A stretch of 64,000 bases of DNA from contig OZ024743.1 in assembly GCA_964016885.1 (NCBI GenBank), positions 365,800,001 through 365,864,000 of the forward strand, read 5' to 3'. The DNA is from Eledone cirrhosa (lineage: Eukaryota). Below, one piece after another: positions 11,749 to 25,385 of the stretch. The position numbers and the translations under genes were made by a program. The notes below the pieces were generated by a model, which saw nothing but the letters and a program-made list of their open reading frames with translations, made no database searches and was not told the DNA's origin. The stretch's first letter is position 1. Every line of letters begins with the position of its first letter.

Positions 11749-12310
11749 ATAACCGCAGTCACTGGGGGGGGGGTTTCAAATAACCACCGCACCCCGAATA
11801 ACCGCAGTCACTAGGGGGGGTTCGAATAAGACCCTCACCCCAAATAACAGCAGTCACTGGGGGAGAGTTCGAATAAGCGCCTCACCCCGAATAATCGCAG
11901 TCACTGTGGGGGGGGGGGTTCGAATAAGCGCCGCACCCCGAATAACCGCAGTCACTGTGGGGGGGGGGGGGGGGGTTCGAATAAGCGCCTCACCCCGAAT
12001 AATCGCAGTCACTGGGGGAGGGTTCGAATAAGCGCCGCACCCCGAATAACCGCAGTCACTGGGGGGAGGGTTCGAATAAGCGCCGCACCCCGAATAATCG
12101 CAGTCACTGGGGGGAGGGTTCGAATAAGCGCCGCACCCCGAATAACCGCAGTCACTGGGGGGAGGGTTCGAATAAGCGCCGCACCCCGAATAATCGCAGT
12201 CACTGGGGGGAGGGTTCGAATAAGCGGGGGGGGGGTTCGAATAAGCGTCTCACCCCGAATAATCGCAGTCACTGGGGGAGGGTTCGAATAAGCGCCGCAC
12301 CCCGAATAAC
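11749..12310. repeat. GC-rich minisatellite, 48-bp unit, about 11 copies
   Basis: Unit GCAGTCACTGGGGGGAGGGTTCGAATAAGCGCCGCACCCCGAATAA(C/T)C. Confidence 0.95.
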
Positions 12311-13037
12311 CCCTTATCCTCCTCTGACCGGTCCCAAGAGATGCATCAAATGCACAGAGCGTCACCCTTACTCACTCACTTACTCACTTGAACACAGTTT
12401 TTTTCAGCAAACTTTGATCATAACTTTTTTTGTGCTGAACGAAATTTCGAGATTTTTAGCTTAAGAGATGTGCAATGATTTACTCTCCATGCTCATATAA
12501 CTTTCATGTGATTTTGATAATCGGAAGACATTCTAATAATGCTGTAAAGAGACGATTGCCAACGAAATCACTAAGACAACAATATTACTAAACCGACTAC
12601 CGTCGGTTTAGGATAGAGTATTGATTGAATTTTACATGTGGTTGTGTAGTTGGCGATTGTCGGATATGATGGTTGTTTGTCAGGTAGTACTGCACATATC
12701 TGGCTTTTGTAAGTACGACAGAAACCAGATATTAAAGCCAATTGGTTATTGGTGAATTTCTTACGTCCCGAACCACATTAATGGGCGGGTTTAATTTTAT
12801 GGCATTGTAGTGTGTTTTGGGGTAATATCTCATTTTTTCTGGTTTTCAATTTCTGTTTAAAGTTTAATGTTTAATTATGAGTTTCAGATTTTGTTCAATA
12901 GATATTTTGATGGATGGTTTTGTTTGTAGAGGACGTTGTCTTAATGCGAAAAACGTTGTTTTTTGTAACTGTATTTTGTATGATATCGAGTAGTTTAGGT
13001 TTTGTTAATATTCATTTTGAACTTCGCTAGCTTTATG

Positions 13038-13183
<146 letters not shown>

Positions 13184-13538
13184 GTATATTATAAATATAT
13201 TTATTATAAAGTTGCCCTGCCCTACGGTTGAGGCTTTTACGGTTTTGATAGCAAATAAGAAAATGCAGGCTTGACTTAATATGGTTCAAATCTAGCACTT
13301 CGGCGGCGTGGTTATGGCTGGATTGAGAGGTTGGTTTTTGAGTGTTTGATGGATGTTGATATGTCTATAAGTGTGTTTAAGTGCAGAATTGTTATAGTAT
13401 TTGGTATTATTTCTGCTGCAATCTGGGTTGTCTTTGGCCTCTTTATTCCGGCCTGCAAATTGTCTAGGAATAAACCGTTTAAAGTCAGTTCCCTTGCAAG
13501 CAACCGAAACGGAGTGGGCTTTGGGATTTTACTAACTG

Positions 13539-13607
<69 letters not shown>

Positions 13608-13619
13608 TATAATAATAAT

Positions 13620-13806
13620 AATTGTTTCTACTTTTGGCACAAGGCCAGCAATTACCCAGTACATTACTGGTACTTTATTTAATCGACCCCGTAAGGATGA
13701 AAGGCAAAGTTAACCTTGACGGGATTTAAACTCAGACCGTAAAGGGGCGAAACTATGCTAGAAAGCATGGCGTCCAACATTCTACTGATACTGAAATTCA
13801 CCGCCC
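13620..13806 (-). mobile_element. tRNA-derived SINE (family A)
   Basis: Reverse complement of the family A copy at 59850-60030, with (AAT)n tail. Confidence 0.85.
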
Positions 13807-13914
13807 TTATATATAATAATAATAATGATAATAATAATAATAATAATTGATTCTACTTTAGGCACAAGGCCAGCAATTACCCAGTGTATTACTGGGTAAT
13901 TGCTGGCCTTGTGC

Positions 13915-16900
13915 TTTCTTTATTAACAACAAGGGTTTACATAAAGTAACATTAAGGACAGTACAGGACAATACAGGACGGTACAAATGGGCATTTCTGC
14001 GTGTAAAAAAACAAAAACAGAGGATGTAACAAAAAATAACAATGAAAAATTCCCCAATAGGGGGAAGACTTCCGAGGGACATTTGTGGAGAAAACCCATT
14101 AAAAGGCCACAGTGACCCTGACCACCAGGGCAAGTGCCCTCTCCCAGTTTTCCACCTTTAATTTACAGACACATACTCAGGGCCATACTTGCTTCTCTCA
14201 CCCATCTTTCAACAAAATGCTGAGAAGAGAGCACTTCCCTCTCTACCCTGATTTTCCTTTTCAAATGAAATTTGAAAAAGTTAATCAGGGCATCACCGAA
14301 GAGGTAAGTGCTCGTCTTCAGCCCTTTCAAACGTGTCCACCATACTATCTCTTTCGCCATGGCCACCAGACAGATAAAAACTGCCTGCCCTTCCCGGCTA
14401 AAGGAAGAGGGCGGGGCAATCCTCACGATAGACTCAGCTGATAGCTGGATCCGTCCTACACGTGACAACAGGTGTTCGACATAAACCCACAAGTCAGCAA
14501 TGCTCGGACACTGGACGAGTGCGTGCAGGACGGTTTCGTCACCCTGCGCGCATCTCGGATGTGCCCGGCTAACGGCACCTCCATGCCTGTAGAGTTTATC
14601 CCGAACTGGCAAAGCTCCACGGTACCACTGCCAGGCCAGGGATTTCTGGAAGTTGTCCATAGGCCCCGGCCCGAAACTCCTTCCGAAGAGATTGGCTAGT
14701 TGATTTTCATCGACGCCTAGAGTTTCTCCAAGTACGTCGTCGCTCTTCACCTCCACTAATCCTCTATAGAACGCCAAGGTGGAGTTTCCACCGATCACAT
14801 TGCCCGATTGGTAGAGGGCTGTGAGCGCCTGAAGACATTCCAGTCTCCAAGCGCTCCCTCTCGGTCTTCGCTTGACCCAGGGCTGCAGCTCCGTCAAGGA
14901 GACGAGCTGGGGAAAGACGCGTCTAGCAAACGGCGACCACACCTGATCACCGTCGAGGAGGAGGTGGAGATGTCGTAGCCTGAGCGCGTGTCTGCGCATC
15001 ATCAGCCACGGCATGCCCAGCCCTCCACGTAGCGGGTGTTGACAGCAGATGGACCGCCTGACCATCGAAGCGCGTCCCTTCCACAAAAAGCGAAAGAGCA
15101 AACGCTCCAGCGCAGTCAGGCGAGGCTTAGGACAAGGCACGACAGTCAGGTGGTAGTAGATGCCGGATGCGATGTACGCGTTAGCCACCTCCACTCGACC
15201 TTTCAGGGATAGCTCCCTTCCGCCCATTTCTGGGTGAGAGAAGCCACCCTGCTCGTCACCTCGTCCCAGTTTTTGTCCGTCTGGAGGTACGGACCGAACC
15301 AGACCCCTAGCAATTTAACCGGTCCGTCCGTCCAGCGCCCGACGACGCTGTTGGGCGGCATGGACCTGCCTCTCGAGGTGCCGAGCTGCAGGCCCACCGA
15401 CTTTTCCTGGTTGATCATTGCTCCTGTCACCGCTTCGTATTCTCTTAGTGTAGTGCCGATCGCCTCGATGTGTTTGGCGTTCGAAACCACAACGGTGACA
15501 TTGTTCGCATATGCTGACACGGATCTTCCGCATCCTAGTTCACGCGGGACCCCCTCAACGTCTCCAGTTTGTGCAGTAATGGCTCGAGAGTCAATACGTA
15601 CAAGAGGGACGAGAGGAGAGATCCTTGGCGGACCGAGCGCATGATGTTGAACGGTTCCGAAAGGTGACCGTTCACTCTCACCACAGAGCAGATGTCACTG
15701 TGCATGGCAGCGATCCAGCTTCTGAAGACGGGCCCAAAGCCAGCCGCCCTCAGGACTGCCTCCAGATAACGATGGTCGCATGAGGTGGAGGTTGTCGTGG
15801 GTGGATCTGTCGGGAATGGCGCATGTCTGCGCCTCTCCCACCAGACCACTAACGACAAGTGCCAACCTCTTTGCTAGCACCTTGGCCAAAATCTTGAACT
15901 CTGTGTTTAGCAGAGTTATGGGTCTAAAATGATCTATGTTATTCCCCTTGTTCGGATCCTTTCTCAGCAGCGCCACCGCTCCTTGGCTCACAGAGCTGGG
16001 AATTCGCCCGTTATGTTGCCAGTTGCAGTAGACGTCCGCCAATAGGCCTCCGAACAAGTCTGGCATCTGTACGTAAAGTTCGTAGGGCAGACCATCCAAA
16101 CCAGGCGATTTACCCCTTGAGCAACCAGTCATTGCCTCCCGTACTTCAGCTGCTGTTATCGGCTTTTCACAACACTCCGCCTCAGTGGCCGAGAGCCGCG
16201 GCAGTCCGTCGAGGTAGACACTAAAGTACATCCCTCGATCCGGCCCGCGGCTGCCCCCAAACAGCTGAGCGAAGTGTCACTGAAAAGCTTCACACATTTG
16301 CCCGGGATCGAGTAGCATGCGCCCGTTGTGGTCCACCAAAGACCGGATCGTGGCTTTGTTGTCACGACGTGCCTCCGCCGCTCAGGCCCATTGAACGGCT
16401 TTCGTCCCATCGTGTCTGAGAGCACGCACCCTAGTTCTGACAATGCAGCCTTCGCGCTTTGCATTGAAGAATTGGTCAAGGGCTAATTTCGCCACAAGTA
16501 CGTCGGTCGCGATGCCTTTGCTAAGCGCCTCGTCTAATTTTCTAACTAGTTCTCCCTCTGTTCTATTTTTCTCTATTGCTAAAGCCTTACTAAACCTAAT
16601 GGACTCTATTCTAATCGCTCTTTTCAGAGCAAACCACCATTTGTTGTTGACGATGGCCCCCGCCAACGCCCGCTTAACTACTTCGCTAATCCGGTCTCTG
16701 TAGGCCTTGCGCGCTGTTAATGACGCGTTTAGCTTCCAGTAGCCTGGTCCTTGTCTATGAAGCCTATCTAAGTCAACCACACAGATCACGAATTTGTGGT
16801 CCGTGTAGCTGACTATCTTGAATTGTGGACAGCCTATGCTAGACCTATCTATTTCCCTACAAAATACTCTATCTAGATATGATCTGGATGACCCGATGCG

Positions 16901-18572
16901 GTTTGTCCAAGTCCACATTGGCACATTCGGGAAATCCAATCGGTACCTGTCAGACAGTTCACAACGCCTGAGCAGGTTGGTGAGGCTCTTGCACCCTCCT
17001 CCCCTATCCGCTAATCCCACACAGTCCCAGCGTGCATCTAAGATCCCGTTCCAGTCGCCCACTAACACTAAAGAGCGGGACGATCCAAGAAAGGTCTCCA
17101 GACGCCGGAAGAAATCAGGCTGCCCTACTCCTGTTGGAGCATAGACGGCCACTAGCCTGAAAGCTTTCCCGTCTCCGCTGGTCACGTCCAGCACCACCAA
17201 CTTACCCTCTGGGCCCAGGAAGATGGCCCGTACGACGAGATCCAAACCTCTCCGAAATATCACAGCAACTCCGCCCTCCGATCTAGGACGGCTGGGAGAT
17301 GCATACACATCGTAGCCTCTGAAGTTCGGTGCGAAGGCCCGTGCTTCAGAGATTCTGGTCTCGCTGATGGCCACCACATCTATGTTTAGTGACCTGAGGT
17401 CATTAAGCAGGTGGCCCTGCTTCCATGACGACCCAAGCCACACGCATTTATGCTGCCTATTCTGAGTGAGGTCATGTTGAAATGGAGTGGAAAAAGATGG
17501 GAAAGACCACTTACCTCACTTTTCGTAGGGGGGGGGCGGTTTTTCCATCCTTCTCACTGCTTGTGGCCTCCTCCGGAAGGATGTCCTTATAAATCCACCT
17601 GGAGAGTGTTTGTCGGAAGTCTCCGATGTCTTTGGGGAATTTTTGTTTTAGTGTCGTGTACGTTTTCTGTGTGATGCGAGTGATATGTATGTGTGGAGGT
17701 GGTGTATATTGTTGGCGTGTTGTGTAGTCTTTTTCTGTGTTGTCGGTGTTGTCTCGGATGTAGTGTAATAATTGGTTGTTGTTTATCGTCCGATATGACA
17801 CGGTGCATAGGCGCCGATGCTCCATTTTATTGGATGGGGGTGAGGGGTGAGGCTGACCCTGTACCCATCTTTTTTTACCATTCGCTTGGCTTCATTTAAT
17901 TCATCCTGGCTTACCTCGATTGTTTCGCTTTTCTTGGCTGCTTTGGCAAATGACACATTTTGTTTTGCGCTGGTGTTGATGTTGTTGTTGTTATTCTCAT
18001 TATTGTTATTGTTGCTGTTGTTGTTATTGTTATTTTTAGTTTCAGTTGTGGTGGTGGTGGTGGTTTCAGTGGTGTTTGGCGTGGAAGAGTCGATTCTGGG
18101 TGAATCCATTTCGATGTCACGAGATAATAATTTATTTTTTATTTCTGCTGTCGCTGTGGTGGTGGTGGTGGTGGTGGTATCAGTGGTGTTCGTTGTTCTT
18201 TTTGACATTGTGAAGGTGGTGATGGCGGTTTTAACACCCGTAGTTGTTGGTAATGGCGGGAAATCCATGTCTGTATGCGGCAAATTTAAATAATTGAGAC
18301 TGCTATTAATTATATTTTCAGTGTTGGCAACTGTTAGAAACAGGAGATTTGTCGTCCATGTTTTTTTTCAAAGAAATATTTTGTTTGATAAATAAAAGTT
18401 TAAATTTTTGGCTCAAGGCCCCAATATTATTGAGTGTCCTTTTCAGAAAGCAATATATGTGAACTTATAAACACTTAACAAACAAAATTTTCCATAACTG
18501 GCAAATTGAAACAACTGAAAACAACAAACCTTTGTGGAGCACACGATAATACGATTTCCTACGCAGGTCGCC
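13915..18572 (-). mobile_element. L1/Tx1-clade non-LTR retrotransposon, degenerate, near full length
   Basis: Low-complexity ORF1 remnant (17511-18283). APE endonuclease 16382-17443 (ISETR, VYAP, GDWN, YLDR, TDH). Frameshifted RT 15203-16231 (KSPGLDGLP, RPITLLN, RQGS, YANN for YADD). C-terminal CCHC region 14163-15227. AATAAA tail near 13915-13923. Confidence 0.9.
16382..17443 (-). pseudogene. L1/Tx1 ORF2 APE endonuclease segment
   Basis: DVVAISETR, LVAVYAP, VLVGDWN, SYLDRVF, YTDHK, GPGYWKLNASL. Confidence 0.9.
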
Positions 18573-18606
<34 letters not shown>

Positions 18607-18611
<5 letters not shown>

Positions 18612-21600
18612 CAAAAAAAGAAACCCCAAAAACGTAAATAAAATAAGAATGAAGAGAGAAGCAGGCGGACGGACAGAGAAGAGGGGGGAAAAAGTAAAAC
18701 TTAAAAAACAAAAACTAAGTCAGACATTCGAATACTACATTACAATGAAACTTATGCTTATTCATTTTTGGGGCCCTTTCTGCCCGTGTGTTTGTTTGTT
18801 TATGTGTGTCCGTATACAGCGTGGTGATAATGCCACACAAGGGCCAAGTGGGATGGCGGATCCACAGATGACTATGTAAACATACATTCGCCAATCCTCG
18901 ATAAGAGTGTTTAAATATCGAACATAAACAGTTCGAATAACGGTGAAATGGAGACTAGAACGTCATGTGACAGACTCTCACCCAACAGGTGCCCCCTGGC
19001 TCAGCAGCAGGAACCTGACTGTCAACCAAATACTGCTGATGTTGGAGGAAGAAGAAGAAGGAAAGGGGCCAGAACCAACTGGACGAAAGAATTGAATAGA
19101 ACTGTTATGCAATGCTACCTGAAAAGTAACCCCAAGGAGAGGGGCTACAGGAGACGGATGCATAACATCTGGAACGAGATTGGTTTATTTAAATTAGATG
19201 AACAAAAATTGGCCGGGCAGGCTCGGGTAATAAGAACTAATGGGTGGATAAGCGAGCTGGAACTGGAGGAACTGAGCAGAGAGAATGGCTTGGAGATGGC
19301 GGGTGTAGTATGCCAGACAAGCGAGCCGGCGGGAAATGAAGGTGAGGAGGTCCTGAGAACGGAGGAACCACCCGAAGCAGACAATGATCTGAATACTGAG
19401 ATAAATAATACCTGGAACAGAGATACGGCCACTGAGGAGATGAATGCTGACGGGCTAGGACAAGATTCGGTTGACATCCTAAATTTAGTGGTAGATGAGT
19501 TGAACAATGATAGTGGGAGACCTATGAACCTAAGATTTGTAGACAGGAAAAAGTTAAAAGAAACAACAGCTAAGGTAAACAAAGTCATCCCATACCTTGA
19601 GGCGAGGAGTCTTCACCAGTGCAACAATATCCTCAAAGCAACAGCAAATACGGTGAGGAAACTACTTGGTATAAAAGCGAGAGGAAACAACAGACAAGAA
19701 AGAGCAGAGCCGTGGTGGAAGAGGCGACTGAGTGGGCAAATCGGGGAAATGAGAAATGACATAGGAAAGCTTGAGTCACTACTGAATGGGACACTAAAAA
19801 ACATAGGCACTAAAAATAGACTGGAAATAAAATACAAAACTAGGAGTAAAAAGCTAAATATTATCATAGAGGAATTGAAGCAACGCATTGTAGCAAAGAG
19901 TGCCAAAATCAGGCGATACGAGAACAGAGTCAGTCAGTATAAACAGAACCGCATGTTCGACAACAACCAGAAGATGCTGTTTGGACAGCTTGAGGGGAAA
20001 GAAAGAGGCAACGACTTGATCCCTGGGGCGGAACAAGCTAAAACATTCTGGAGAGGAATATGGGAGCAGGATGTTAGACACAATGCCCAGGCAGGGTGGA
20101 TTGAGACAGTACAGAGGGAGATCGGTGAGCAGGCACAGCAACAGACTGATTTGAGTATCACAGTTGAAACTCTTAAGGGGCAAGCCAAAAAACTAACCAA
20201 CTGGAAATCACCAGGCCCAGATGGTGTGCAGGGGTATTGGATTAAACATTTAACATCCCTCCACCCGAAGCTGACGGCCATGTTCAATGACTGCTTGGTG
20301 TCGGGTGAGGTGCCAGAGTGGTTGACAAAAGGTACCACAGTTCTGATAATGAAAGACCGAATCAAGGGTAATGATGTTACCAACTATAGACCTATCACAT
20401 GTCTGCCCGTAATGTGGAAACTGTTGACGAGCATTGTGTCTGAGGAAATCTACCATCACCTCCACACAAACAACTTGTTGCCGGACGAACAGAAAGGATG
20501 CCGAAAGAAGTCACGTGGTACAAAGGACCAGTTGCTTATTGATAAGATGGTAATGGGGAATTGCAGGAGGAGACACACTGATCTTGCCATGGGATGGATA
20601 GACTACAGAAAGGCATTTGACATGGTGCCTCATTCCTGGATCACCAAAAGCCTGGAGATCTTCAGGGTGGCAGATAACATCAGACAGTTGCTGGGCAGGA
20701 GTATGGGGTCCTGGGAGACAGAGTTGACATCAACTGGAGTATCCTTGGGAAGCGTGAAGATCAAGAGAGGTATCTTCCAGGGAGATAGCCTGTCCCCTCT
20801 GTTGTTTGTCCTTGCCCTGATGCCCTTGACCATTATGCTGCGAAAAGTGAGAGCAGGATACAAGTTGGGAAGGGGAGAGCTTACCATCAATCACCTCCTC
20901 TTCATGGACGATCTTAAGCTCTTCGGGAAAAGTGAGAAGGAGTTGGATGTGCTTGTTGACACTGTCCGTATTTTCAGCAGTGATATATGTATGCATTTGG
21001 TATTGGTAAATGTGGAGTCATTGTGATGAGGAGGGGTAGGTTGAGCAGAAGTAACGGGATCCAGATACCAACAGGTGAGATGATAAAGGAAATTGACTCT
21101 GAGGAAGGATACAAGTATTTGGGCGTTCTGGAGGCTGATGGCATAAAGAACAAAAAAATGAAGGAATTGTTAAGAACTGAATACATTCGGAGAGTAAGGA
21201 GCGTATTGAAGTCCCATCTGAACAGCAGAAATGCCATAAGCGCAGTAAATTCCCGAGCTGTGTCTATTATTAGGTACAGTGCGGGAATTCTGAGATGGAA
21301 TGTTGCTGAACAAAAAGAAATGGATAGGAAGACTAGGAAGCTATTGACTATCTACAACATGTTCCACAAGAGGAGTGATGTCGATAGACTCTACCTAAGG
21401 AGATCTGAGGGTGGAAGAGGTCTTATCAGCATAGAGGACTGTGTTCAGATGGAGAAAAACAACCTATACAAATACGTGACCTATAGTAAGGAGCCAATGC
21501 TCAGAGCTGTACTGAAGGAGGGGACAGTAGGCCAGGGGATACCCAAGGAGGAAATAACATCAAGGAGGAAGAGCAGCCTTAAGGGAAAATCCCTTCATAG

Positions 21601-22410
21601 TACCTTCTTTGAGAAAACTGAATTTAGAGATCCACAGACATGGAACTGGTTGAGAAGAGGAGACCTCAAAAAGGCTACAGAAGGAATGCTAATGGCTGCG
21701 CAGGAGCAGGCCCTCAAAACGAAGTGGTTGAAGCACCATATCTACAAGGAGGAGGCTAGCCCACTGTGCAGGATCTGTGGAGAGAGAGAGGAGACTGTGG
21801 CTCACATTGTGTCCGAGTGTAAACACCTAGCCCAGACCCACTATAAGGGCTGGAGACACGATGTGATGGGCAGGGTGATCCACTGGCACCTGTGCAAAGT
21901 AAACAATCTACCACATTCTGAGAAATGGTATGAGCATAGGCCAGAGGCGGTGATAGAGAACAGTCAGGTGAAGGTGCTGTGGGATTTTAGGATACAGACG
22001 GACAAAAAACTGGAACACAATAGACCTGACCTGGTGGTTGTGGACAAAGAAAAAAGATCGTGCCTGATTGTGGATGTGGCCTGCCCGTTCGACACGAGAG
22101 TGCAAGAGAAGGAGAGGGAGAAAATTAACCGATACCAGGACCTAAAGTGGGAGGTGAAAAGGATTTGGAACTGCCATGAAGTCAAAGTGATCCCGATTGT
22201 CATAGGCGCACTGGGGACTATCTCCAAAGGTTTCCAGGGATGGTTAAAGAAAATCGGCCCCTTCACGCTTTTTGGAACGCTTCAAAAGGCATGCTTGCTT
22301 GGAACGGCAAGAACCCTCCGATACGTCCTGAATATCTGAGGCTGCAGGTAGTGGCTTGATATTCAATCCAACGGACTTTCCAGTTAACCAACATCAATGA
22401 CTGAGATTCA
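18607..22410 (+). mobile_element. Dong/R4-clade non-LTR retrotransposon, copy 1 (apparently full length, one frameshift), in (TAA)n
   Basis: ORFs 18948-21026 and 20987-22339 are joined by a 1-bp deletion near 20995 (ATGCATTTGG versus ATGCAGTTTGG in copy 2). RT GIFQGDSLSP and FMDD, CCHC CRIC..H..SEC, RHD, RLE RPD..D..K. Flanked by (AAT)n. Confidence 0.93.
18948..22339 (+). pseudogene. R4/Dong RT-RLE polyprotein, frameshifted
   Basis: N-terminal WTKELNRTVMQCY Myb-like segment, then RT, zinc knuckle and restriction-like endonuclease. Confidence 0.9.
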
Positions 22411-22425
22411 AGGAATAACAATAAC

Positions 22426-22485
<60 letters not shown>

Positions 22486-25153
22486 TAACAATAATAATAA
22501 CAACAGACAAGAAAGAGCAGAGCCGTGGTGGAAGAAGCGACTGAGTGGGCAAATCGGGGAAATGAGGAATGACATAGGAAAGCTTGAGTCACTATTGAAT
22601 GGGACACTAAAAAACATAGGCACTAAAAATAGACTGGAAATAAAATACAAAACTAGGAGTAAAAAGCTAAATATTATCATAGAGGAATTGAAGCAACGCA
22701 TTGTAGCAAAGAGTGCAAAAATCAGGCGATACGAGAACAGAGTCAGTCAGTATAAACAGAACCGCATGTTCGACAACAACCAGAAGATGCTGTTTGGACA
22801 GCTTGAGGGGAAAGAAAGAGGCAACGACTTGATCCCTGGGGCGGAACAAACTAAAACATTCTGGAGAGGAATATGGGAGCAGGATGTTAGACACAATGCC
22901 CAGGCAGGGTGGATTGAGACAGTACAGAGGGAGATCGGTGAGCAGGCACAACAACAGACTGATTTGAGTATCACAGTTGAAACTCTTAAGGGGCAAGCCA
23001 AAAAACTAACCAACTGGAAATCACCAGGCCCAGATGGTGTGCAGGGGTATTGGATTAAACATTTAACATCCCTCCACCCGAAGCTGACGGCCATGTTCAA
23101 TGACTGCTTGGTGTCGGGTGAGGTGCCAGAGTGGTTGACAAAAGGTACCACAGTTCTGATAATGAAAGACCGAATCAAGGGTAATGATGTTACCAACTAT
23201 AGACCTATCACATGTCTGTCCGTAATGTGGAAACTGTTGACGAGCATTGTGTCTGAGGAAATCTACCATCACCTCCACACAAACAACTTGTTACCGGACG
23301 AACAGAAAGGATGCCGAAAGAAGTCACGTGGTACAAAGGACCAGTTACTTATTGATAAGATGGTAATGGGGAATTGCAGGAGGAGACACACTGATCTTGC
23401 CATGGGATGGATAGACTACAGAAAGGCATTTGACATGGTGCCTCATTCCTGGATCACCAAAAGCCTGGAGATCTTCAGGGTGGCAGATAACATCAGACAG
23501 TTGCTAGGCAGGAGTATGGGGTCCTGGGAGACAGAGTTGACATCAACTGGAGTATCCTTGGGAAGCGTGAAGATCAAGAGAGGTATCTTCCAGGGAGATA
23601 GCCTGTCCCCTCTGTTGTTTGTCCTTGCCCTGATGCCCTTGACCATTATGCTGCGAAAAGTGAGAGCAGGATACAAGTTGGGAAGGGGAGAGCTTACCAT
23701 CAATCACCTCCTCTTCATGGACGATCTTAAGCTCTTCGGGAAAAGTGAGAAGGAGTTGGATGTGCTTGTTGACACTGTCCGTATTTTCAGCAGTGATATA
23801 TGTATGCAGTTTGGTATTGGTAAATGTGGAGTCATTGTGATGAAGAGGGGTAGGTTGAGCAGAAGTAACGGGATCCAGATACCAACAGGTGAGATGATAA
23901 AGGAAATTGACTCTGAGGAAGGATACAAGTATTTGGGCGCTCTGGAGGCTGATGGCATAAAGAACAAAAAAATGAAGGAATTGTTAAGAACTGGATACAT
24001 TCGGAGAGTAAGGAGCGTATTGAAGTCACATCTGAACAGCAGAAATGCCATAAGCGCAGTAAATTCCCGAGCTGTGTCTATTATTAGGTACAGTGCGGGA
24101 ATTCTGAGATGGAATGTTGCTGAACAAAAAGAAATGGATAGGAAGACTAGGAAGCTATTGACTATCTACAACATGTTCCACAAGAGGAGTGATGTCGATA
24201 GACTCTACCTAAGGAGATCTGAGGGTGGAAGAGGTCTTATCAGCATAGAGGACTGTGTTCAGATGGAGAAAAACAACCTATACAAATACGTGACCTATAG
24301 TAACGAGCCAATGCTCAGAACTGTACTGAAGGAGGGGACAGTAGGCCAGGGGATGTCCAAGGAGGAAATAACATCAAGGAGGAAGAGCAGCCTTAAGGGA
24401 AAATCCCTTCATAGTACCCTCTTTGAGAAAACTGAATTTAGAGATCCACAGACATGGAACTGGTTGAGAAGAGGAGACCTCAAAAAGGCTACAGAAGGAA
24501 TGCTAATGGCTGCGCAGGAGCAGGCCCTCAAAACGAAGTGGTTGAAGCACCATATCTACAAGGAGGAGGCTAGCCCACTGTGCAGGATCTGTGGAGAGAG
24601 AGAGGAGACTGTGGCTCACATTGTGTCCGAGTGTAAACACCTAGCCCAGACCCACTATAAGGGCTGGAGACACGATGTGATGGGCAGGGTGATCCACTGG
24701 CACCTGTGCAAAGTAAACAATTTACCACATTCTGAGAAATGGTATGAGCATAGGCCAGAGGCGGTGATGGAGAACAATCAGGTGAAGGTGCTGTGGGATT
24801 TTAGGATACAGACGGACAAAAAACTGGAACACAATAGACCTGACCTGGTGGTTGTGGACAAAGAAAAAAGATCGTGCCTGATTGTGGATGTGGCCTGCCC
24901 GTTCGACACGAGAGTGCAAGAGAAGGAGAGGGAGAAAATTAACCGATACCAGGACCTAAAGTGGGAGGTGAAAAGGATTTGGAACTGCCATGAAGTCAAA
25001 GTGATCCCGATTGTCATAGGCGCACTGGGGACTATCTCCAAAAGTTTCCAGGGATGGTTAAAGAAAATCGGCCCCTTCACGCTTTTTGGAACGCTTCAAA
25101 AGGCATGCTTGCTTGGAACAGCAAGAACCCTCCGATACGTCCTGAATATCTGA
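22397..25153 (+). CDS. Chimeric open frame: copy-1 3' UTR ATG + (ATA)n + intact RT-RLE of copy 2
   Basis: 918-aa uninterrupted ORF whose first ~35 codons come from the UTR and microsatellite. Confidence 0.55.
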
Positions 25154-25228
25154 GGCTGCAGGTAGTGGCTTGATATTCAATCCAACGGACTTTCCAGTTA
25201 ACCAACATCAATGACTGAGATTCAAGGA
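22500..25228 (+). mobile_element. Dong/R4 copy 2, 5'-truncated, tandem to copy 1
   Basis: Nearly identical to 19687-22410. Starts at NNRQERAEPWW and ends with the same 3' UTR plus (TAA)n. Confidence 0.95.
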
Positions 25229-25239
25229 GTAATAATAAC

Positions 25240-25271
<32 letters not shown>

Positions 25272-25385
25272 TTTCTTTACATATAGCTACGGCTTCCTAA
25301 AACCGTATATCTTTAGAAATACGAAATTTCTATACATATTGTATAAAGCTATGCTTGAAGCGAAATCTTATTTCTTTTATATATA

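Larger units (their letters stand above)
10540..12616. mobile_element. Helentron/HINE-like element (left boundary uncertain)
   Basis: Perfect subterminal hairpin CTAAACCGAC(TACC)GTCGGTTTAG at 12588-12611 plus internal tandem arrays. Confidence 0.4.

Noticed and set aside
11749-12310. CRISPR-like array
   Set aside because: Units are contiguous tandem copies with no unique spacers. The context is eukaryotic with no cas genes.
12328-12340. Twister ribozyme-like CCGGTCCCAAG
   Set aside because: Lacks the following CCCGG pairing strand and the other conserved twister elements.
18810-18947. HDV-like ribozyme in the Dong 5' UTR
   Set aside because: TCCTCG and CGAAT words are present, but I could not build the nested double pseudoknot by eye.
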